Source: a virus
Length of the DNA stretch: 64,000 nt
Strand: one strand, 5' to 3'
IMG/VR virus record: IMGVR_UViG_3300047510_001256
Coordinates: 64,001-128,000 of that record
How positions within the stretch are numbered: the first letter of the stretch is position 1; the number at the start of each line of letters is the position of its first letter. Shown here piece by piece: positions 28,838-35,856 of this stretch. The position numbers were made by a program, and so were the translations under genes. The notes under the pieces were generated by a model. The model did no database searches and had not been told where the DNA came from. It worked only from the letters and a program-made list of their open reading frames with translations.

Positions 28838-29502
28838 TTGTTTTGTGCTTCGTAATCTTTGTTGAAAGTTTCAAGTCCCTTATCCGTGAGAACATGACAA
28901 TACATTTTGTCAAAAATCTCTGGGGGCATAGTAACAACATCGGCACCACTCATAAAACAACGCGAAACACTATGCACATCTCGTAAAGAAGCAGCAAGAA
29001 CCTTGGTATTGATGCCGTGTAATTTATATGTATCAGAAATATTTTGTATCAGTTGAACACCATCAAAAGAATTATCATAGACTCTACCAACAAAAGGAGA
29101 AACATAAGTTGCTCCTGCTTTTGCTGCTAGAATTGCTTGTGCTACAGAGAAGATAAGAGTTACATTAGTAGTTATCTTTTTACCATCTGTATTTTCCATG
29201 TCTGCAAAATAAGCACATGCCTTTAGTCCTTCTGGTGTGCATGGAAGTTTGATTGTGACATTTGGAGCGATAGTAAAGTAATCTACCCCTTGTCGTATCA
29301 TACTAGCATAGTCATCTGCAACAACTTCTGCAGAGATAGATTCAAAATCAGGAAAACTATCGACAATTTCTTGAATGACTTCTTGTTGTGTCCTGCCAGA
29401 TTTTAAAATAAGAGTTGGATTTGTCGTGACTCCATCAATTAATCCGGTAGTATATCTTTTATAGATTGCATCAACATCACCTGTATCAAGAAATATTTTC
29501 AT
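28834..29502 (-). CDS. talC: Transaldolase (phage TalC)
   Basis: MKIFLDT, GVTTNPTL, TIKLP (Schiff-base Lys), YVSPFVGR; start reassigned to 29502. Confidence 0.95.
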   Translation of the reverse strand: MKIFLDTGDVDAIYKRYTTGLIDGVTTNPTLILKSGRTQQEVIQEIVDSFPDFESISAEVVADDYASMIRQGVDYFTIAPNVTIKLPCTPEGLKACAYFADMENTDGKKITTNVTLIFSVAQAILAAKAGATYVSPFVGRVYDNSFDGVQLIQNISDTYKLHGINTKVLAASLRDVHSVSRCFMSGADVVTMPPEIFDKMYCHVLTDKGLETFNKDYEAQNK

Positions 29503-29568
29503 GGGGTTACTTTGAATTGTAATATTAAATGACGACATATAATTAAAAAATAACAACAATTAGTTGAG

Positions 29569-29642
29569 TCGGGATGATAGGATTTGAACCTACGACTTCT
29601 CGCTCCCAAAGCGAGTGCTCTACCAAACTGAGCTACATCCCG
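29569..29642 (-). tRNA. tRNA-Pro(TGG)
   Basis: CGGGATG acceptor, loop TTTGGGA, GGTTCAAATCC T-arm. Confidence 0.95.
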
Positions 29643-29836
29643 ATAGACTCTTTATATAGGAATTGTTCTTTGAGATTATAGAACAACTTATGGTGTTTTG
29701 TCAAGAGGTAATATCCAGTGAGATCCTTACCATTATCAGTCCACCCATAAGAAATAACAGGTTCATTAATATCTTGTAGATCAAGTTTACGATCTGTATG
29801 AAGATAGTGATTGAAACGCTGGTGGAGGTTGATCAT
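29633..29836 (-). CDS. Hypothetical protein
   Basis: 67-aa ORF with its own promoter; last 10 nt overlap tRNA-Pro. Confidence 0.7.
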   Translation of the reverse strand: MINLHQRFNHYLHTDRKLDLQDINEPVISYGWTDNGKDLTGYYLLTKHHKLFYNLKEQFLYKESIGM

Positions 29837-29845
29837 AATTTGCTT

Positions 29846-29886
29846 GCTTCTGTCAGTATTTTATGACAGAAGCGTGTGAAAATCAA
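29846..29886 (-). promoter_or_regulatory. Sigma70-type promoter inside a perfect 10-bp inverted repeat
   Basis: TTGATT-17-TAAAAT; GCTTCTGTCA / TGACAGAAGC flank the -10. Confidence 0.65.
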
Positions 29887-29914
29887 GACATTCTAAAGGA
29901 ATTTTATTATATCT

Positions 29915-30166
29915 TTATCTTTCTTCAAAGTCAAGACGACGCACCTTACGCTTGCGTCTCTGCTCCTGAAACTCCAAATCCTGTCTTGTTAGAACTGAAT
30001 TTTGGTGACGAGGTTTTGCCCCCGAGATTATTTCTACTAGGGACAGGTCCAGTCCACTGATGTTGCCACCACGGATGGATGTAAGGTTCGGACATTGGCA
30101 ACTGCGTAACTGGGATGGGTGCTCCTCTAATACTTTCCCGCAGCTCTTGCATCTGATAGTTAACAT
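29915..30166 (-). CDS. Conserved cyanophage Zn-ribbon protein
   Basis: CKSC...CQC; C-terminal RRKRKVRRLDFEER. Confidence 0.8.
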   Translation of the reverse strand: MLTIRCKSCGKVLEEHPSQLRSCQCPNLTSIRGGNISGLDLSLVEIISGAKPRHQNSVLTRQDLEFQEQRRKRKVRRLDFEER

Positions 30167-30246
30167 TTTCAAGCATTCCTTTTATGTCGTCAAGTTCTTT
30201 ACGAATTTTTAAATAGCGTTCTTTATCCATATTATATATTGGACTA

Positions 30247-30318
30247 TGGGCGATACTGGATTTGAACCAGTGACCATCTCCGTGTAAAGGAGGCACTCTA
30301 CCGCTGAGTTAATCGCCC
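30247..30318 (-). tRNA. tRNA-Val(TAC)
   Basis: GGGCGAT acceptor, loop TTTACAC, GGTTCAAATCC T-arm. Confidence 0.93.
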
Positions 30319-30322
30319 TAGA

Positions 30323-30509
30323 GGGTGGTGAGATTCTATCATACTCACAATCGGGAAGGTCTCACTGATAGTAAGTGTTTTCCCAATACTTTCGGACTCC
30401 TTGATAGTGGATTCTCATACCTCTAGTCTCCTAGTCGTATGGCGGGTATCACCCCTGTCCTAATCTACATTACCCAGTGCTTGACCACATAGGTTATTCT
30501 GTCACACCC
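30323..30509 (-). ncRNA. Structured ~190-nt RNA between tRNAs, probably the manA RNA motif
   Basis: GGGTG/CACCC closing stem, GGGAA/TTCCC and GTGAG/CTCAC helices, CTATCA/TGATAG loop complementarity; size and tRNA-adjacent position fit cyanophage manA RNAs (from memory, not searched). Confidence 0.65.
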
Positions 30510-30535
30510 AGGAGAAACCCGTCAGTTTCTCCAAG

Positions 30536-30609
30536 CGTCTCGGACAGGACTTGAACCTGTGACCAACTGCTTAGAAGGCAGATGCTCTATCCAACTGAGC
30601 TACCGAGAC
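30536..30609 (-). tRNA. tRNA-Arg(TCT)
   Basis: GTCTCGG acceptor, loop CTTCTAA, GGTTCAAGTCC T-arm. Confidence 0.95.
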
Positions 30610-30617
30610 ATGAGACA

Positions 30618-30646
30618 ATCTTACCATAGACTGGTCGGATTGTCAA
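30618..30646 (-). promoter_or_regulatory. Sigma70-type promoter for tRNA-Arg / ncRNA / tRNA-Val
   Basis: TTGACA-17-TAAGAT, overlapped by a GACAATC/GATTGTC inverted repeat. Confidence 0.8.
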
Positions 30647-30728
30647 TGGGCAGGGAGGGATTTGAACCCCCGTAGGCAGAGCCAGTGGATTTACAGTCCA
30701 CCTCCATTAACCACTCGGACACCTACCC
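30647..30728 (-). tRNA. tRNA-Tyr(GTA)
   Basis: GGGTAGG acceptor, loop CTGTAAA, long variable arm. Confidence 0.95.
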
Positions 30729-30814
30729 TAGAGACCTCCCTGTTTGTGCTTCAATGAGAGGCATGGGAGGGGCGAGACTGACGCGAGGTTTGGACCCCCG
30801 CTGCTCATGAAATA

Positions 30815-30843
30815 ATAGTAACAGATCACTCCTGGTTTGTCAA
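30815..30843 (-). promoter_or_regulatory. Sigma70-type promoter for the structured leader and tRNA-Tyr
   Basis: TTGACA-17-TACTAT. Confidence 0.8.
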
Positions 30844-31269
30844 GGGGCAATCTGGAACCCATGGGGCACAGAGTCGGATCTCTCCTCCCAGTGCCTGACA
30901 CTCCTTAGTATAGCACACAGACTTGTCCACTGGTGCCTCTGAGTATCGTGGTGATGGAATCCTAACAGATCCATCGTCTCCTGTCAAGCGTTCGTATCTA
31001 CGAATTGCTTCATCAACTTCTAGTTCTACCTTAGCATCCAATTGTTTTTGATGATCTACTGGATCTGGAATGTCATTCTTAAGTCCTAGTTTTTCAATGA
31101 GTGCTGTGTATATTTTCCAGAGTTGCTTCTCATCTATTTTAAAATGATCAGAAAATCCAGCAATGATTAAAGCAATAATTGAAATAATAATGAATCCTTT
31201 TATGTGCTTTGGATTTAAAGTTGGCAATACTTTAAACTTTCCTTCTTTGAATTCAAAAAGTTTAAACAT
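30826..31269 (-). CDS. Hypothetical membrane-anchored protein
   Basis: One TM helix; C-terminal CYTKECQALGGEIRLCAPW. Confidence 0.75.
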   Translation of the reverse strand: MFKLFEFKEGKFKVLPTLNPKHIKGFIIISIIALIIAGFSDHFKIDEKQLWKIYTALIEKLGLKNDIPDPVDHQKQLDAKVELEVDEAIRRYERLTGDDGSVRIPSPRYSEAPVDKSVCYTKECQALGGEIRLCAPWVPDCPLTNQE

Positions 31270-31582
31270 TGTCCTCATCCATATTAGTCAGAAAATCTTC
31301 AAGTGCTTGATCTAAAGCATCTTTGGGAGATGTGTATCTTCCTTTGTCTCTAAGTTTTTTAGTATCAAAAGTTAGAGTTGGAGTCACAGATCCGTCTCTC
31401 TCTACTTTAACTTTTGCTCCAAAGATAGTTCCTTTGGGTTGAATGTTTAAGGTGTCAGCAGAGTCTAAAGAAACTTTTATCTTATCGTTCTCTGCTTTTA
31501 AATATCCTGACTTAGCAAGGACATCAACTACATCTCGCTCCCCAGGTAATTCATTATCATCTAGTTGATTAAATTTTGTCAT
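31262..31582 (-). CDS. Hypothetical protein
   Basis: 106-aa ORF; late-promoter-like AATAAATA at 31611-31618. Confidence 0.75.
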   Translation of the reverse strand: MTKFNQLDDNELPGERDVVDVLAKSGYLKAENDKIKVSLDSADTLNIQPKGTIFGAKVKVERDGSVTPTLTFDTKKLRDKGRYTSPKDALDQALEDFLTNMDEDNV

Positions 31583-31624
31583 AGAAAGGGGAGGTGATCA
31601 GTCTCCCCACTATTTATTATATAA

Positions 31625-31987
31625 TTAGACCCTACTATAGCAAACACTGGCGACTCCTTGCCCTGGATGAGCAATAGAAGAGAACGCACCATAAGACAAG
31701 TCAAGGGAGCGACCAGCAACGAACGGTCCTCTGTCATTCACATACACAATTACCGACTTACCATTAGATTGATTCGTAACCCGTAGTTTCGTTCCAAATG
31801 GTAGCCATTTATGTGCTACTGATTTTCCATAAGCGTTGAAGCGTTCACCATTAGCAGTAGTCCTGCCATGATATCCATCACCGATTCCATAATGTGAAGC
31901 GAGGGAACATCCGCTCGCTGCCTTTGCTTGAAGGGGTGCTAGTCCCGTAACAGCAACGGCAAGAATTGAAAGTGTTTTAAGAAGCAT
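31625..31987 (-). CDS. rlpA: RlpA-like (DPBB) lytic transglycosylase with signal peptide
   Basis: ASHYG..GRTTANGERF, AHKWLPFGT, VNDRGPF, LDLS; start reassigned to MLLKTL. Confidence 0.9.
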   Translation of the reverse strand: MLLKTLSILAVAVTGLAPLQAKAASGCSLASHYGIGDGYHGRTTANGERFNAYGKSVAHKWLPFGTKLRVTNQSNGKSVIVYVNDRGPFVAGRSLDLSYGAFSSIAHPGQGVASVCYSRV

Positions 31988-32118
31988 TAATTTGTATTGA
32001 ACTCTACATCCCAATAGAAGGGGGGTATACCGCCCCTCTCGGGGGGCACCTTCCTGGGCTCTAAATGTCACACTCAAAGTCTAATGATAAAGAGGTCTGG
32101 TGTGTTACAGACCCTTAC

Positions 32119-32176
32119 ATAGTATGGCATATTTAGTCATTTGTCAAGCTAAATAGTCCAGATTGAAAACTGGCAC
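32119..32176 (-). promoter_or_regulatory. rlpA promoter with palindromic motif and divergent late-like boxes
   Basis: TTGACA-17-TACTAT; GTGCCAGTTTTCAATCTGGAC 8 nt upstream of the -35; CTAAATA on both strands (32130-32136 minus, 32149-32155 plus). Confidence 0.75.
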
Positions 32177-32181
32177 ACACC

Positions 32182-32334
32182 ATGTATCAGCTACGAGAGA
32201 ATGACATTCACAGACTAATTACTGCCTGTAAGCACTATCAAAACGAGACTGGATCTGAGTTTGTCTGGGCAGAGTATCAAAATTTAGTTGACAAATTAAA
32301 ATTATATCTTGAGCAAAACTTATCACAATCATAA
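32182..32334 (+). CDS. Small hypothetical protein (50 aa, not in ORF track)
   Basis: MYQLRENDIHRLITACKHYQNETGSEFVWAEYQNLVDKLKLYLEQNLSQS. Confidence 0.75.
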   Translation: MYQLRENDIHRLITACKHYQNETGSEFVWAEYQNLVDKLKLYLEQNLSQS

Positions 32335-32355
32335 AACATTTTAATCATAAAATGT

Positions 32356-32550
32356 ATGCCAAGAGAATGGAACACTCCGATTAGAGAGCCTTGGAATGCT
32401 CCTATTCACAACACACTAAAGGCAATAGACAACCACACTCAAGAGTATTTTAAGAGTGGTGATGAATGGCATCTAGAAAAAGCAGATATGCTTAGAAATT
32501 ATCTTCACGAACTGAAGACTTGGATACACAAACAAGAGGGTAGATCATGA
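32356..32550 (+). CDS. Conserved cyanophage hypothetical protein
   Basis: MPREWNTPIREPWNAPIH... Confidence 0.8.
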   Translation: MPREWNTPIREPWNAPIHNTLKAIDNHTQEYFKSGDEWHLEKADMLRNYLHELKTWIHKQEGRS

Positions 32551-32696
32551 TTCAAGATTTTCCATGGGGAGTAGTAATTATCTTAGGCATGGGATTAATA
32601 TTTACTGCCTATATCATTTACTACATATTAAGATTAGCATATTTGGAGACTAAAGATGTATCAATACAAGATCAAGAAGATCAACAGGGTCATTGA
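32547..32696 (+). CDS. Small single-TM protein (49 aa, not in ORF track)
   Basis: MIQDFPWGVVIILGMGLIFTAYIIYYILRLAY...; ATGA-coupled. Confidence 0.7.
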   Translation: MIQDFPWGVVIILGMGLIFTAYIIYYILRLAYLETKDVSIQDQEDQQGH

Positions 32697-32994
32697 TGGT
32701 GACACTATTGATGTTGATATTGATCTGGGTTTTAGTATCACACTCTCTCAAAGAGTAAGATTAAAAGATATTGATGCTGCTGAAACTAGAACAACAGACC
32801 TAACAGAAAAAGCAGAAGGTCTAGCAGCAAAAGCATGGCTAGAAAAAGAACTCTCCCGTGAGGGAGAGTGGATTATTGAAACAACAAAAGAGGACAAGTA
32901 TGGAAGAATACTTGGCACTCTTTATCTTGTTGGTGATCCCGTCACATTAAATGAAAGGATGTTGAATGAAGGTATTGCTAAACCTTATTCGTAA
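32656..32994 (+). CDS. Thermonuclease (SNase-like)
   Basis: VIDGDTI, RVRLKDIDAAE, DKYGRILG. Confidence 0.92.
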   Translation: MYQYKIKKINRVIDGDTIDVDIDLGFSITLSQRVRLKDIDAAETRTTDLTEKAEGLAAKAWLEKELSREGEWIIETTKEDKYGRILGTLYLVGDPVTLNERMLNEGIAKPYS

Positions 32995-34124
32995 AAGTCG
33001 GCAGCACCAAAATCATCTGTGTAATTTGGAATCTCAAAGTCAATCACTGGTGGTGAAATCTGAGGATCATCATAGTATAGATTATCATCAAATGGTGGAA
33101 TCTCTTCGTGCCAATGATCTCCTGGATTTTGCTCTATGAATCTTCCAATGAAATCATCGTAATGCTCACTAGGAGAAGCATCATTTTCAGCATTATTGTG
33201 AGGCCCTGAATTACCTGGAGCATCATCATCTCCATTTCCCCATCCGTTGTCTTGATGGTTATCAGGTTTTCCTCCACCTCCTCCATTGCCAGGAGAATTT
33301 TCCGAATCATTATTTTGTCCTCCATCATTCTTTGAATCGCCTGGAGGTTGGTTTGGTTCGGGGTCTTGTCCATCTTGGTGATTACCTTTACCTGGATTAT
33401 CGGATGCTCCTGTCTCTCCATCCCATGGCGAGTTACCGACTTCTTTATCATTACCAGGATTACCTTTGCCTGGATCTTCAGGATCAGGCTCCTCAGGATC
33501 CTCTGGGTCTGGGTCTTCTGGATCTTCAGGATCAGGCTCCTCAGGATCTTCAGGATCCTCTGGGTCAACTGGTGGGTCCACAGGAGGATCTACAGGGGGG
33601 TCCACAGGCGGATCAACGGGTGGTTCAACAGGAGGGTCTATAGGCGGATCAACTGGCGGAACAGGGGGGTTCACAGGAGGATCAACTGGTGGGGCAGGGG
33701 GGTCTACAACTTGTTCTTGTTCTGGTAGATCGCCAACAACAATGCTGTCGTCAACATTATTCCCACTCCCAAAAGATATAGTATCAAGATTAAAAGAGAT
33801 GTCATTTTTTCCAACGGGTGTAATGTCTATTCCATAAGCTTTAAATGCTTCTGCTGGAGTGATACTAGTTGGGATAATAGTATCTCCAGAAGATCCAAAG
33901 GATTCTAATGCTGGATTGGAAAAATCAATTCCTGCCGTAACTTCAACTTCACCTACATTAATTGATGGAGCATCTTCTACTGGTGTAGTGATACTTACAT
34001 CACCAACTGGTGTATATCCACCAGGGAAACGAGCAGCAGCAGTAGGATCATGTGGTATTTGATCCTGAGATTGCTGACTCGTCTTGAGTGTTTCTTCGCC
34101 TTGTAATCCTAACTGATCTTCCAT
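32985..34124 (-). CDS. Acidic Pro/Asp/Gly-rich low-complexity late protein
   Basis: 379 aa with PPVD and PEDPE repeats; late-like AATAAATA at 34144-34151. Confidence 0.75.
   Translation of the reverse strand: MEDQLGLQGEETLKTSQQSQDQIPHDPTAAARFPGGYTPVGDVSITTPVEDAPSINVGEVEVTAGIDFSNPALESFGSSGDTIIPTSITPAEAFKAYGIDITPVGKNDISFNLDTISFGSGNNVDDSIVVGDLPEQEQVVDPPAPPVDPPVNPPVPPVDPPIDPPVEPPVDPPVDPPVDPPVDPPVDPEDPEDPEEPDPEDPEDPDPEDPEEPDPEDPGKGNPGNDKEVGNSPWDGETGASDNPGKGNHQDGQDPEPNQPPGDSKNDGGQNNDSENSPGNGGGGGKPDNHQDNGWGNGDDDAPGNSGPHNNAENDASPSEHYDDFIGRFIEQNPGDHWHEEIPPFDDNLYYDDPQISPPVIDFEIPNYTDDFGAADFYE
33470..33705. repeat. Coding tandem repeats (12-nt PPVD units; 31-bp exact repeat at 48-nt period)
   Basis: ctggatcttcaggatcaggctcctcaggatc at 33470 and 33518; degenerate 12-mers to about 33705. 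Confidence 0.85.
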
Positions 34125-34151
34125 AATTTTGCCTATATAGAACTATTTATT

Positions 34152-34652
34152 TTATGTTGACCATAAAGCACCTTCTGCTTTTCTTCTTCTCATCAGTCCT
34201 GCTTCTACCTTAGTGCCAGGATTACGATACAACGCTAATGCTCCTGGAACATCATTCCATCTTCCAGATTGTAATGCCTGAGTGATTGTTTTGAAGTCAG
34301 GACTTCCATAGAAGTTAGCGCCAAGATTATAAGCAAAAGATAATAGTGCTCCTCGTTTCTTATCGCTCATCTGATCCCAGTAAGGAATCTTTTTCAACTT
34401 AGGAATGAACTGAGTTTTGATTTGATTAATTAAAAGATCATCTGCTTCTTTTTGTGTGATCTTATCAGTAATTTTAAATGGTTTCCCATCAAAGTTTCGT
34501 GTGCTTCCCCATCCTATGGTGATAGGAAGTCCTCCAGTGTATGGATCGTAGTAGGCATCTAATTCACATCCCTCAAATTCCTTAATTAAAGCAACACCAA
34601 CCAAAGGAACTTCATCAGGATTGTTTGCCCGATTGGAATTTATGGTTGGCAT
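34152..34652 (-). CDS. GH24 phage lysozyme (endolysin domain)
   Basis: LIKEFEG, AYYDP, TIGWG, ALLSFAYNLG, GLMRRRKAE. Confidence 0.93.
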   Translation of the reverse strand: MPTINSNRANNPDEVPLVGVALIKEFEGCELDAYYDPYTGGLPITIGWGSTRNFDGKPFKITDKITQKEADDLLINQIKTQFIPKLKKIPYWDQMSDKKRGALLSFAYNLGANFYGSPDFKTITQALQSGRWNDVPGALALYRNPGTKVEAGLMRRRKAEGALWST

Positions 34653-34654
34653 GT

Positions 34655-35353
34655 CTACTTTTTTGCTTCAAAGATTCTACCCCAACCATCACTACCTTTG
34701 GGACACCATCGCTTCGCCAGTTCAGATCTCTTATACACAGCACCCTTGCCATTGGTTACGGGTCCAGTATAACCATCGTTGAGAGAACCATATGGATCAT
34801 TCACAACATAGTCTTCACCTTTCTTACCAATAACTACAGCCATGTGCCCACCAGTAGGAGCAGATAAAGGACCACGATGATAGAACCCGATAACAACAGG
34901 TCTCCCAGCAGCAAGCTGACGATCAAGTTCGGCAAAATTAAGATTATACTCAAAGCGTGAATCAATTCCAAAGTCTTTAAGAACTTTGGTTTGAACTGAG
35001 TGATCAGTTGAGTCGCCAATAGCGAATACCTTTCTAACATAGGCATCATCTCCCTTGGGACCAGGCAATGATCCTGGTTTGAAATACTCTAGTGCCATAG
35101 CACAGGCAGATGAATTACAGGTTCTCTGGGCATCTCTGTAGTTATCTGTCTGTGGAAAGAATGGCACATCTAATACTGATGGCACTGCTGGAGCTACTGC
35201 TTTTTCTCTGAATGTTTTAACCCACTCAGCAGTATCTTCCATTTCTTCTGGTGCCTTTGCTTCAAGCACCTTCTCAAGTAATTCTACTCCAGCAATATGC
35301 TTTGGATTCTTTTCATCGTAATGCTTAAAAAAGTTATGTAAATCAATTTTCAT
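34655..35353 (-). CDS. C39-like cysteine peptidase (putative endolysin) with N-terminal domain
   Basis: FPQTDN..RTCNSSACAM (Cys), GGHMAVVIG (His), VNDPYG (Asp); ends in A_AAA_AAG_TAG. Confidence 0.88.
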   Translation of the reverse strand: MKIDLHNFFKHYDEKNPKHIAGVELLEKVLEAKAPEEMEDTAEWVKTFREKAVAPAVPSVLDVPFFPQTDNYRDAQRTCNSSACAMALEYFKPGSLPGPKGDDAYVRKVFAIGDSTDHSVQTKVLKDFGIDSRFEYNLNFAELDRQLAAGRPVVIGFYHRGPLSAPTGGHMAVVIGKKGEDYVVNDPYGSLNDGYTGPVTNGKGAVYKRSELAKRWCPKGSDGWGRIFEAKK

Positions 35354-35687
35354 TTTTGTCTCCAAATAATTGAATGTAATACTCTGCGTCTACTACAACT
35401 AGTGGTTTCTTACCATTCTTTTTCATAATAACAATAGGTTCATAGTCACCACAATTAGCGGATGCCTGTTCATATGCTTCCCAGATATTTAGTTTCTCCA
35501 CATTTTTACATTCAATGCTGTGAGGAAACTTTGACCTAGCAGCACGAGCCATAATGAGATCTTCTCCACCAGCACCCATGCTACGTGATTCAATATCTTC
35601 TGGATGAACATCAAGCATCTCAATGAGTTTATCTCTCACCCATTGTTGAAGTCTACGTCCCTTTGCCTTTGCCGATTGTGGGCGCAT
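35343..35687 (-). CDS. PD-(D/E)XK Holliday-junction-resolvase-like nuclease
   Basis: SAKAKGRRLQQ, GEDL, SIECKN; late-like ATAAATA at 35712-35718. Confidence 0.8.
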   Translation of the reverse strand: MRPQSAKAKGRRLQQWVRDKLIEMLDVHPEDIESRSMGAGGEDLIMARAARSKFPHSIECKNVEKLNIWEAYEQASANCGDYEPIVIMKKNGKKPLVVVDAEYYIQLFGDKNEN

Positions 35688-35718
35688 AATAAAATACCTT
35701 CGTCATGGAGGTATTTAT

Positions 35719-35856
35719 CTAGTCAATTGAACCAGGGATCTGGAATTTTTCCATTAGAATCTTCAGCATCCACCTTTGTTGATAATTTAGATTCTCTATG
35801 TTTTGCTGCTGTTCCTTCAGTCTTTTCAGTATCTTTTCTAGTTTTTTCTTTTTCAC
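35719..35856 (-). CDS. Possible 45-aa basic protein (GTG start coupled to the nrdB stop)
   Basis: MKKKKLEKILKRLKEQQQNIENLNYQQRWMLKILMEKFQIPGSID; GTGA overlap; an alternative frame is also open. Confidence 0.45.
   Translation of the reverse strand: MKKKKLEKILKRLKEQQQNIENLNYQQRWMLKILMEKFQIPGSID

Noticed and set aside
33470-33705. CRISPR-like array
   Set aside because: Repeats are in-frame coding units without unique spacers; no cas genes
33134-33837. Alternative-frame and antisense ORFs (Gly/Ser-rich etc.) over the repeat protein
   Set aside because: Shadows of the Pro/Asp codon repeats, with no independent start signals
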